This document shows positions 7,685-19,600 of a stretch of 30,153 bases of DNA, in pieces. The DNA is from Archangiaceae bacterium (GTDB lineage Bacteria > Myxococcota > Myxococcia > Myxococcales > Myxococcaceae). The DNA is taken from assembly GCA_043750125.1 (NCBI GenBank), contig JAYVCD010000184.1, forward strand, positions 1 to 30,153, written 5' to 3'. The notes below the pieces were generated by a model, which saw nothing but the letters and a program-made list of their open reading frames with translations, was not told the origin of the DNA and did not search any database. Both the position numbers and the translations under genes were made by a program. Positions within the stretch are counted from its first letter, which is position 1. Every line of letters starts with the position of its first letter.

Positions 7685-10600
7685 ATGAAGCACGACCCTG
7701 AGAAGCCGTTCATCGAGGTTGAAGCTTCCCTCGAGAAAGCGGGACGAGTCGAAGAGCTGATTCGCCTGTACGAGGCACGCTCGCGCGAAGTCCCCAGCGC
7801 CGACGAAGCCGGCCACCTGTTGGCAATGGCCGGGGGCCTGGCCCGCGAACGACTGAAGAACCTCGCCCGAGCCGAAGAGCTGCGGCGACGCGCCCTGGTC
7901 TACGTGCCCCAGTCGCGCGAGGCGCTCGAGGGACTCAAGGGGCTGTACGAACAGCGGCAAGATTTGCCTTCGCTGGCCGACGTGCTCGAGCGGCTCGCGG
8001 CCACCCTCACCGGAAACGCCGCCGCCGCGGTCTACTTGAAGGCCGCGGATCTCTACGAGGGCAAGCTCAACCGGCGCGATCGAGCGGTGTTGTGCTGTCA
8101 GCTCGCCGGGCGCGCGGCTCCCCAGGAACGCCAGGCGTTTGCCCGCGCCCGAAAGATCCTCCTCGCCGAGGGTCGTTTTCTGCCGGCTTTCGAATCGCTC
8201 GAGCGCGAGCGCGCGGTGCTGGGCGAAAGGGAACTTCTGGAGGACTACCTCGCCTTCGCCGAAATGCTCGCCGATGACCCCCACCAGCACGAGCTGGCGA
8301 GCCGGGCGCTGGCCCGGGCCTTCGCGATCGACGAAAAGAACGCGCGCGCTCAGGCCGCTCAGAGCTCGATGAGCAAGCTCGAGCACCAGTGGCGAGACAA
8401 AGTGCGCACGCTGCGAAACCAGTCGCTCGAAGAGCGCGATCGTCGAACCGCCGCCCGCTACTCGCTGCAGGTCGCTCGGCTGTACGCCTTCTTCGACCCC
8501 GGTTCGGCCGCGAAGATGAAGGAGTCGCTCGACCGCTGCTTCCTGCTCTGGCCGGCGATGCCCGACGCGCTCGGCCTGATCGAGCAGGTCGCGGGGAAGA
8601 ACGAAGATTACCTCCCGGTGATCGCCGCCTTCACCCGGCTGGCGAACGAAGCGAAAGACAAGACCGCCCAGGTCGACCTGTTCTTGAGGGTGGGGACGCT
8701 GCAGCTGACCCGCCTCAATGATCGGGAAGGAGCGCTGGCCTCGTTCGAGCGCGCGGCGACCCTCGACGTCTCGCGGGCCGACGCGGTCGGGCTGGCCTCT
8801 GAGCTGATGATCGAAGTCGGCCGCGCGCCCCACGGGGTAGCGCTGCTCGATCGCCACCTCGGGACGCTGAACGAGAAGTCTGCCAAGGCCGTGCTTCACC
8901 TTCGGCTGGCCGACCTCGCGACGGTCGTCCTCAAGGACGAAGGCCTGGCCCGAAAGCACCTCGAGTCCGCCTACCAGTTGGAACCTGGAAACGCGCAGGC
9001 CGCCTTCCGCCTGGCCCGTGTCCTGGCCGATGCCGGCGAGCTCGACCTGCTCTGGCCCCTGGCCGAGCTTGCGGTCTCGGCCCCCCGTCCTTCGGGCGAG
9101 CGGGTCGCCTTCTGCGAGCACCTGGCAATGCTGTTCGAAGAAAAGGGCGACTTAGAACGCGCGTTCGTAGCGCTTTCGTGGGCGTTGCCGCTGGACCCGG
9201 CGCGAGGGGACCTGCTGGAAACGGTGGCGGCTGCGGCGACCGCCAGCAAGGCCGAGGCGACCTTCGCCCTGGCGCTGCGGCGCGCCGCCCAGACGGCTGC
9301 GCCTGCGGCCCAGATCCCCCTCTGGCGAACCCTGGCCCGCCTCTCTCAGGGGCCGCTGGCCCGACCGCCCGAGGCACTCGAGCAGTGGGCTGAGGTGCTC
9401 AACCGCGTCCCGGACGATGTCGAAGCCACTGCCGCGATCGCGGCGATCAAGAAAGCGATTTCAGAACAACCTCAGGACGTGCGCGCTCAGCTCGAGGCCG
9501 AAGCGCGTCGGCTCGAGGCGTCGGCGGCTGATCCGGCGGCCTCGGCGGCGGTGTACAAGAAGATTCTTCAGCTCGAGCCCGACAACGTCGGCGCCCTCAA
9601 AAAACTGGGCGGGGCCTGCGCCAGTCTCTCTTTGTGGGACGAGGTCGCTTCAGTCGCCGAACGGTTGATGGCGCTCGCCGACCTTCCGGTCGAACGGCAG
9701 GAATGGCGCAGCCGGCTGGCCCAGCTTTACGCCGAACGGCTCAACCGCAAAGACGAGGCGGCGCGGCTGTACCTCAACCTGCTCGAGCAGGCGGTCGAGA
9801 CCGCGACGGTGATCGGCGGGCTCGAAAGGCTGGCCTCCCAGGGGGTTCGGCAGGCCGAAATTTCGCGAGCGCTCGGGCCCTACTACGCGAAGTCGGGCGA
9901 CTATCAGCGCCAGGTTGCATCGCTGCTGGTTCAGCTTTCCAGCGTTCAAGATCGCGAAGAGCAAAAAGGGTTGCTCGCCCTGCTGGCCGACACCACCGAA
10001 AAGCGGTTGCTCGACGTGCGCCAGGCCTTCGAGTTGCGGCTGCGAGGCGTGGCGCTGGACCCGGCCGATTCGACCTTTCGCGCCGAGAGCGTTCGGCTCG
10101 CCCGTGAACAGCACGCGCACGCCGAGCTCGCCCGATTTCTCTGCGACACCGCCTCTCGGGTCAGCGAAGGGCCCCTGGCCACCTCTCTGTTCGAAGAGGC
10201 CGCCGAGGTGGCAGAGGAAGGCGGCGCAATCGAAGATGCGGGGTCTGCGCTGCTGGCCGCGCTCGAGAGATCTCCAGACGATGCCGCAATCCTCTCGCGC
10301 CTCGTCGGCCTCTACGCGCGCGCCCGACGGTGGTCCGACTGCGACCAGGCGCTGCGCCGCAGGATCCTGCTCGCGGAAGGCGAAGAGAAGGTCTCGCTCT
10401 TCGTTCAGCTTGCAGAAGTGAACAGCGAGCTCAACCGCCCCCGCGAGTCGGCGATGTCGTACACCGCGGCGATCGTAGCGGGCGGGGACGAGCTGAAGCT
10501 GCTGCCCAAGGTCGCCGAGAACCTCGAGGCCAGCGGCCGGTTCGCCGAGCTGTCCGAGGTGCTCGCACGGTTGATCGCCGCGATGGAAAACGTCGGGGAC

Positions 10601-13600
10601 AAAGATGGCGCTGCCGCCGTCGGCGTGAAACGCGCTCGGCTGATCGAGACGTCGCTGGGGGACAAGGCCCAGGCGATTCTCCATTACGCCGACGTGCTCG
10701 TGAAGAAGCCTTCTGATTCCGACGCGATCGCCGCGCTCGAGAACCTGCTGCTTGATCCCGAGCACAGCGAAGAGGCCGCCCGTGGGCTGCTGCCGGCTTA
10801 CGAAGCGGTGAAGGACCACCGCAAGCTGGTCCACGCGCTGACCACGATTGCCGCAGCGACCCGGGACGCAGGCGAGAAGCTGGCCGCACTCAAGCGCGCG
10901 GGCCAGATTCATACCCTTCACCTGCGTCAACCCGAGCAGGCCTTCGCGAGCATGGCCCAGGCCATCGCGCTGGCCCCTGGCGATGCAGAAATTCGGGCTT
11001 CGGCACGGTCCTCGGCTGAAGAGGCCGACATGCTCGACAGCTACGCCGAAGTGTTGATGGAGCTGCTCGAGACCGAGGTCGGCCCGGCGGCTCCTGCACT
11101 GCACCGCGAGCTGGCCGAGATTTTCGAGAAGAAACTCAACGACCAGGGCCTCGCGGTCAAGCACCTGCATGCGCTGCGGGCTCTCGAACCGAAGAACACC
11201 GATGCGCTCAAGTCTCTGCAGCGGCTGCACCGCGCGCGGGAAGAATGGTCCGAGCTGGTGGCGATCACCGAACGGTTGGCCAGCATCGAGGCCGACCCCG
11301 CCGAGAAGAACGTCCTCGATCGAGAAGCCGCGCTGCTGTCCGAGCAGAAACTCAACGATCCGGAACGTGCCGCGGCCAACTGGCGCCAAATCGCTCAGCG
11401 CGATGCGCTGGTCAAGGACGCCGCCGCCGCCCTCGACCGCCTCTACACCCTGGTCGATCGCCCGAACGAGCTCGCCTTCGCGCTCGAGCTGCGTCGAAAT
11501 CAAGAAGGGCAAAGCCCCGCCGGTCGCGAGCTGGGGTTCCGCCTTGCCCAGCTGAGGCAGAATCGGCTCAACGACGCGCCAGGCGCCCTGCAGCTGTACC
11601 GGCAGATCCTCACCGAAGACGCAGCCCACCCCGGCGCTCGCGACGCGCTCGAAATCTGGGCCCAATCAGACGATCCTTCCAGCTCGATCGCGATGGAAGC
11701 TCTGGACCCGGTGCTCTCCCAGTCGGGAGATCACCAGCGCCGAATTGCACTGCGAGAGGCCCGGTATGCGGCCGCTCCAGTCGCCGAGCGCGCCCGGCTG
11801 TCGGCTGAGATCACCGCCATCCTCGAGCGAGACCTGGGGCAGACCCAGGCGGCGTTCATGTCTGCGCTTCGAGCCTTCACCGAAGGCCTCGACCGCGAGT
11901 CCGTTCAGCCCGAGCTCGAACGCCTGGCGCGCGAGACGGGAAGCTTCGAAGAGCTGGCCGAGATCTTCGAGACGATCTCCAGCGAGCTCGAGCAGGGCGA
12001 CCCCCAGCAGCTGACGCTGTTGCGGCGAGCGGCCGAGTTGCGCGAGCAGCTGGGTGAGACCGATGACGCCGTCCGGGTGTGGCAGACCCTGCTCGAAGCC
12101 GAGCCCCAGGACCGCCAGGCGCTCGACAGCCTGGGCAAGCTCTACGAAAAATCGAAGAACGCCCGCAGCCTCTCGGAAGTCTACGCAAGGCAGGCCGCGC
12201 TGGCCGCCGACCCCGCCACGCGCCATCAGCTGTTCATCAAGTGTGCCGAGGCTCAGGAAAGTGCAGGCGATGAAGGCGAGGCGATCGAAACCTGGAAAGC
12301 GGCTTTCGCGCTCAAGCGAACGACCCAGGCGCTGATGGCGCTCGATGCGCTCTACGGCAGGATGCGGCGGTTCAACGAGCAGGCCGATGTCCTCGACCAG
12401 CTGGCCGTCGCGACCCGCGAGATTGAACCCCGCAAGACGTTCGTCCTTCGGCGCGCGCTGCTGCTCGAGAAGGAAGGACATCACCTCGAAGCGCTGCGCG
12501 GCTTTTCCGCGGTGTTCGAGCTGGCCCCCCTCGAGCAAACCGCAATCGGCGGCCTCGAGCGCTTACTGGCCGTCGACGCCGTGCGGCCCGAAGCGGCCCG
12601 ACTGCTCGAGCCCTGCTACCGCAAGCTCAACGATCATCGAAAGCTGGTCGAGATCCTCGACGTGCGGCTCGCCGTGTCCGACCCCAGTCTGCGGGTCACC
12701 TTGCTCAACGAGATCGCTGCGCTGCGCGAAGCGGTGGGGCAAAAGCCGTTGGCCTTCGCCGCCCGGCTGCGGTCCTTCACCGAAGATCCGGAAGACGCGG
12801 ATGCTCGCGAAGAGCTCGAACGGCTCTGCGCGGACCTGGGCGCGTTCGAAGAGCTGGCCGCCGCCTACGAAGACCAGCTCGAGCGCGGCAGCGACGACCG
12901 GTTGTCCGAGGAGCTCTGGCGCCGCCTCGCCGTGCTCTATGGCGATCGCCTCGAGCGCCCCGACCTGGCGGCGCGCGCCTGGAACGAGGTGCTCGCGCGC
13001 GATCCGAAGAACGTCTTTGTGCTCGACGCGTTGGCGCGCCTGCACCGTAAGACCAGCAGCTTCAAAGAGCTGTCGGTGGTGATGCGCCGCCAGCTGGGGC
13101 TCGAGACCAACCTCACCGCCCAGGTGAACCTGCTCTACGAGCTGGCGAACCTCGCCGAAGAGACGCTGACCGACAAAGGTCTCGCCGCCCAGTGTTACGC
13201 CGAGATCATCGAGCGCAAGCCCGAAGACACGAACGCGATTCGCTTCCTGGGCCGGGTGCTTTCAGAGACCGAGCGATACCCCGAGCTTGCAACGTTGATG
13301 AGTCGCGAAGTTCAACTGGCCGAAGCCAGGGGCGCCACCGAAGAAGCGCTCGAGTTGTTGGTGCGGCTGGGGCGGCTGAAGCTCACGCGCCTGGGTGACC
13401 CCCGCGGGGCACTTTCACAATTTCAGGAGGTATTGCGCCGCAAGCCCGCTCACGCAGGGGCAATTGGCGCGCTCGAAGAAATGGCGAGATCCGACAATTC
13501 ACTCAAGGGCGAAGCGGCTGCGACACTCGAGCCGGTCTTCGCGGGCGAGGGCGAGCACCTCAAGCTGGTCCAGATGCTCGAGTCGCGGGCCGACGCTGAG

Positions 13601-16600
13601 ACCAACCCTCAAGAACGCGTTCAACTGTTGCGAAAAGTCGCCGAGGTCTATTCGGTGCAGATGGCCAACCCCGAGATGGCCTTCCTCGCCGCAGCGCGTG
13701 CGCTGCGCGAGTTGCCCGACGACGAAAAAGCGCTCGAGCTGACGCTGTCTCTTTACGGACCTGCGGACACGCACGAAGAGATGATGAGCCTGCTGGGTGA
13801 GATCGGCCCAAGGGCGTCGGTCGATGCTTCCCGGGCCAACATCTATCGGGCGCTGGCTCGACTTCAGGCCCAGAACGACGAGACCGATGAGTCCGTCGAA
13901 AGCTGGAAGCGCGTGCTCGAGATGGTGCCCACGGATCCCGAAGCGCTCGACCAGGTCGGCGCGCTGCTCGGTCGGCAGGGCAGGGTGCCCGAGCTGATCG
14001 AAGTGCTCAAGCGGCAGCTGGCGATGGCCGAGGATCTCAATCGACGCGCGGCCTTGATGTTCCAGATCGGAGTGCTGCAGGAAGAGCAGCTCAAAGACGG
14101 AGTCGCGGCGCTCACCACCTTCCGTCGGTTGCTCGAGCTCAAGCCCGACGAGCCCGCAGCGCTCGAGCGAATGGACCGGTTGTGCGAGGCGCAAGAGCGC
14201 TGGCCCGAGTTTGCCGACGTGCTGGGCAAGCGGCTGAAGGTCACCCAGGGCGACGTGCAGCTTCAGCTCAAGTACCGGCTCGGCCTGGTGCGCGAGACCA
14301 AGCTGCTCGACAAGCCCGGCGCGCTCGATCTCTACACCGAGCTGCTCGCCCATGACGCCCGTCATTCCGGTGCGCTCAGTCGAATGGAAGCGCTCGTCGC
14401 CCGTGAGCCCCAGAACCTGCCGGCAGTCGAAGTGTTGCTGCGCGCCTTCCGCGCCGCGGGCGACATGGCAAAGCTTTCCCAGCTGATCGAGGCCCGCGTT
14501 TCGGTCTCGCCCGATGGCTTCGAACGAAAGACCCTGCTGATCGAGCTGGCCTCTGCCCGAGACGTTCAAGACGAGCCCGAGCTCGCGTACCTGGCGCTGT
14601 GGCGCGCCTTCAAGGAAGACCCCAACGACAGCGCGCTGCGCCGCAAGCTCGAGAACGCCGCCGAGGCCGCCAAGACGTGGGACGAGCTGGTCGGGGCCTA
14701 CGAAGAGGAATTGCCGCGCATCGGTGACAACGCCGACGCCGCCGACGTCTGTCTGAAGATGGGCCAGCTGCTCGAGCAGCGGCTGGGCGAGCCCGAGCGG
14801 GCGGTGGAGTACTTCGAAAAGGCCCGCGAGCTGATGCCCGAGTCGGGGCTGAAAGCGCTGCCCGCGCTCGACCGGCTCTACTCTCAGCTCGACAACCCTC
14901 AAGCGCAGGCCGACGTGCTCGAGGCGCTTTCAGGAATGGTGCGCGAACCGCAAGAGAAGATCTCTTTGCTGTTTCGCCTGGGACAGTTGTCCAATGATCG
15001 GCTCGACAGCCCCGACCGGGCGGCCAGCGCTTTCGAGCGGCTGATCGAGCTCGACCCGAAGCACCTCCCGTCGCTGCGCAGCCTCGAGTTGCTGTACGAC
15101 ACCGCCCAGACTCACGACAAGCTCTACAAAGTCTTGCAGACCCAGCGCGAGCTGGTCACCGGTGCCGACCGCGAACGCCTGACCGGGAAGATGGCCAGCG
15201 TCTCGTCCGAGGGGCTCTCGGACGTAGGGCATTCCATCGATCTGTACCGCGAGCTGCTGGCGAAGAACCCGCGCAACGAGCAGGCCTTCGTTGCACTCGA
15301 CACCCTGCTCGAACGGGCCAAGCGCTTCGACGAGCTCAAAGAGCTGCTCGAGACCAAGCTCAAGGTCACCATCGATCCGCGCGAGCTGGTGCGGCTGAAC
15401 GAGCGCATGGGCCGGGTGCTCTTCGTCCACCTCGCCCGCGGCGAAGAGGCGATTCCCTTCTTCAAAGCCGCGCTCGAGAGAGATGCCCGCCACAAGGGCG
15501 CGCTCGAAGCGTTGCGCGACATCTTCGATGCCATGGGTCGCAAAGACGACCTGGTCATCATTCTGCGCCGCCTGATTCCCCTGCAAGAAGACGCAGGAGG
15601 CGTGAAGGCTCTGCGCGTTCGCCTCGCCGAAGTCCTCGCTTTGGGAGGAAGGCGCGAGGAAGCACTCGATGCGGCGCGGCGTGCGCTGGAAGTCGAGCCG
15701 CACACGATCATTGATCTCGAAAAGGTGCAGGCCGTCTTCGTGCAGCTCAAGGCCTGGCCCGACGCGGTCCGTGCGCTCGAGCTCAAGAGCCTGACGTACC
15801 TCGAGGCTGAAGATCGCGAGGCGGCGATCACTGCATTGTTCCAGGTCGTCGACTTGTGGCGCGACGCCGCCAACAAGCCGGAAAGCGCCGGCGCTGCTCT
15901 CGAGAAGGTCCTCGAGATCGACCCCAGCAGCCGCAGTGCCTACGAGCAGGCGCTGAAGCAATACGAGCTCGTCAACGACTGGCGCGCCTACGCCCAGGTG
16001 ATGGACCGGTACCTTCCCCACCTGGTGACCGAAGACGAAAAGGTCGCCACGTTGCGAGAGCTGGCGAAGGTCCAGGAACAGAAGCTCGGTCAGAAGGACG
16101 TGGCTTTTCTGCAGCTGTGTCGTGCGCTGCAGCTGCACCCCCAGGATCCCGACATTCGCGAGGAAGTCGAACGTCTGGCCGCCGAAACGGGCAGCTACGA
16201 AGAGCTGGCCGCCGTGTTCGAAGAGGTGGCCGATGCGCTGCCCCGTGGGCCGCTGGCCGAACGGATGTACCTGGTGCTTGCGCGGGTCCACGACACCCAG
16301 CTCGATGACCTGGCGGCGGCAGAATCGAGCCTGCGCAAGATCCTCGAGTTTGATCCCACAAACGCTCAAGCGCTCGACGAGCTGGCCGCGATGTTCAGCC
16401 GCCGGGGCCGCGATAAGGAATACATCGTTGCGCTCGAGCAGAAGTTGGAAGCCGCTCCGAGCATCGAGCGCCGCAAAGAGATCCTCCGCGAGATCAGTCG
16501 GGTCTTCTCTGAACGGCTCGAAGATCCAAACGAGGCGGTTCTGGCGCTGCAACGCGCGCTGGAGCTCGAGCCGGACGCCGAGACACTCACCACCCTCGTC

Positions 16601-19600
16601 GAGCTGCAGCGCAAACAGGGGGATCACGCCGCGGTCGCCAGCACCCTGTTGCGAATGCGAGACATCGCCGGGACGCCCGAAGAGCGATCTCGGATTCAGG
16701 TCGATGTCGCCCAGCTGTACGAGCGCGAGCTTCAAGACGATGAGGCCGCGATTGAAGGGTATCGGCAAGCGCTCGAGTTCGACCCCGCGAACCTCACCGC
16801 CCTCGATTCGCTCGAGCAGCTGTACACCAAGCTCGATCGTCCTGCCGAGCTGCTGCAGGTCTACGAGCGCCAGCTCGAGCTGACCCAGGACTACCGCGAA
16901 CGGGTGAAGACGCTCTTCAAGAGCGCCAACATCTGGGAAGACCGGTACCAGAACCTCGCCAACGCCGATGCGTGCGTCGACGCGGTGCTGTCGATCGACC
17001 CGCAGAATCTTCAGGCGATCAAGACCCTCGAGCGGCTGCGAAAAGCGCAGGGCCGTTGGGATGAGCTGATCGGCGTGGTCGACCGCCACATTGCGATGCT
17101 CTCGCACCCGGCCGAGAAGGCCGAGCTGTGCGTCGAGATGGGCGACATTTTCCACCAGCAGCTCAAGCAGGTCGATCGCGCCGTCACCGCCTACCACCAG
17201 GCGCTCGAGCTCGATGCCCGCTGTCGCCCTGCGATGCACGCCCTGGGGATGCTGTACGAGCGCAGCGGAAACTGGCCCTTTGCGCTCGACATGCTCGAGC
17301 GCGAGGCGCAGGCGGCCGGAAGCACTCCCGAAGCGGTCGAGCTGTATCACCGCATGGGCAAGATCAACGAAGACATGCTGATCGACCCCGCCAGCGCCAA
17401 GCGCTGCTACCAGGAAGCGCTGAAGATCGACCCTGCGTACCTGCCCTGCATTCGCGCGCTCAAGGGCATTTATGAAATCGAAAAAGACTTCGATTCCTAC
17501 GAGAAGGCGCTGGTCGAAGAGGCGAAGCAGACCGAAGAGCCGACCGCCAAGAGCCGCGCGATGCTCGAGGTCGCGCGCTACTACGCGGACAACAAGGACG
17601 ACAAAGAGACCGCCGCCGGGTACTTCGAAGAGTCACTGCGGCTGGTGCCCGATTCTCTCGAGGCCGCTCGCCCCCTGGCCGACATCTACATCGCCAAGGA
17701 AAACTGGGACCTGGGCGAGAGCATGTTGGGAATCGTCACCCGGCAGATGTCGCAACAGGCCGCGATGCAGCCTGATGATCAGGACCTGACCCGCGAGCTG
17801 TGCCGACAGTTCTACCGGCTGGGCTACGTGGGCGAGAAGCTGGGTAAGAAAGACCGCGCGCTGGCGGCCTTCGAGCAGGCCTACCAGCTCGATGCGACCT
17901 ACCTGCCGGCGCTCGAAGGCCTGGGACACCTGCTCGTCCACCACAAGCGCTACGACGATGCGCTCAAGGTCTACCAGACGATCTTGATTCACCACCGCGA
18001 GGATCTGACCGATCTCGAGATCGTCGAGATCTACTGGACCCTGGGTGACGTGCACTTCCAACAGCGCCAGTTCGATCGCGCTGAGAACCACTTCGAGAAG
18101 GCCCTGGCCATTGACCCGGGCCACGAGCCTTCGCTGCGCTCGCAGTTGGTCATCTCGGAAGCAGCGTCGAAATGGGAAAAGGCGGCCGAATACAGCCAGC
18201 GCCTGATCCAGGTGCTCGATGGTGAGCAGCGGTTCGAAGTGGCGCTCGCGCTGGGCAAGCTCGCGCGCGACAAGCTGTCAGACGCCTACATGGCGATCGA
18301 CGCCTATCTCGCGGCGCATCGGATCAAGGCCGACGCGCTCGAGGTGCTCGACGCGCTCTATGTGCTGTACCGCGAGACGAAGCAGGGGGCCAAGGCGTCC
18401 GAGATGCTCGAGAAGATGCTCGCCGAGCCGAGCTTGAGAAACGAGCCCAACAAGGCCAAGCGGGTGTACTTCGCGCTGGGCGAAATCAGCCGCGACGAGC
18501 TGATGGATCTCGAGAAGGCGGAAGGTGCCTTCAACCAGGCGCTCGACGTGGACTTCCGTTTCATCGAAGCCTTCAGCGCGCTCGAAGCGATGCTCGGCAA
18601 GGCCAAGCAGTGGAAGAAGCTCGATGACAACTACAAGCGAATGATCCAGCGGTTGCCCAAAACCGAGGACACCCACGCTGCGCGGATGACGCTGTGGAAG
18701 GCATTGGGAGACCTGTACCTCAAGGTCCTCAAGGCTCCGGAAGCGGCCGTCGAGGTCTACAAGGTCGTCGCCCACGGTCTGCCAGAAAACACCGAGGTCC
18801 AGGAAGCCTTCGCCGAGCTGGCGTCCCATCAGCCTGGCTATGAAGAAGCCGCGGTCGACGCGTGGCGGCGGGCGTTGCCGATGACTTCGAACCCCGGAAA
18901 AGTCGTCTCAGCTCTGGCAGAGCTGGCGGCCCGCCGCAAAGACTATGACTCGGCGTGGCTGGCCGCCCAGGTGGTCGCCGGTTTGATCGGCGAAGCCGGC
19001 GCAAGTGAGCGTGAGATCCTCACCAAGCTCGGGCCCTATGCGAAGAAGAAAGAGGTCGCCAGCCGAGCGTTGACCGATCGGCTGTGGCAGTCACACCTCT
19101 TCCACCCGAAGGTCCGCGGGCCGCTGAGCGAGCTGATGGCGATTCTCTATGAGCAGGTCGGACACCTGTTCAAAGAAGACTTTCCCCGCTACCAGCTCAA
19201 CCCCAAGCGTCACCTGGTCGACGTCAATGCCGCTCAGGAATACCAGATTCACCATTACAAATACGTCGCGCGCCTGCTTGGGATGGAAACGGTCGCGCTG
19301 TACTCCCCGTTTTTGATCATCACCCGCGAGCGGATGGCGAAGAAGACCGCCGAGCCTGCTCCGGAACCGAACGTCGCGATCGAGATTTGCCACACCCACC
19401 CGGCGTGTCTGAAGGTCGGAGGGAAGTTCTTCAGTGAGACCGGCCAGAAGGAAGTCTATTACATGCTCGGCCGCTCGATGGCCCTGCTGCGCCCCGAGCT
19501 GGCCCTGTCACAACGGCTGTCCGCTGAGCGACTCGAGGCGGTCTTCCAGGCGGCGCTGAGCCTTTCTGTCGATCGCTTTCGTTTTACCGCCGACCCTCGC

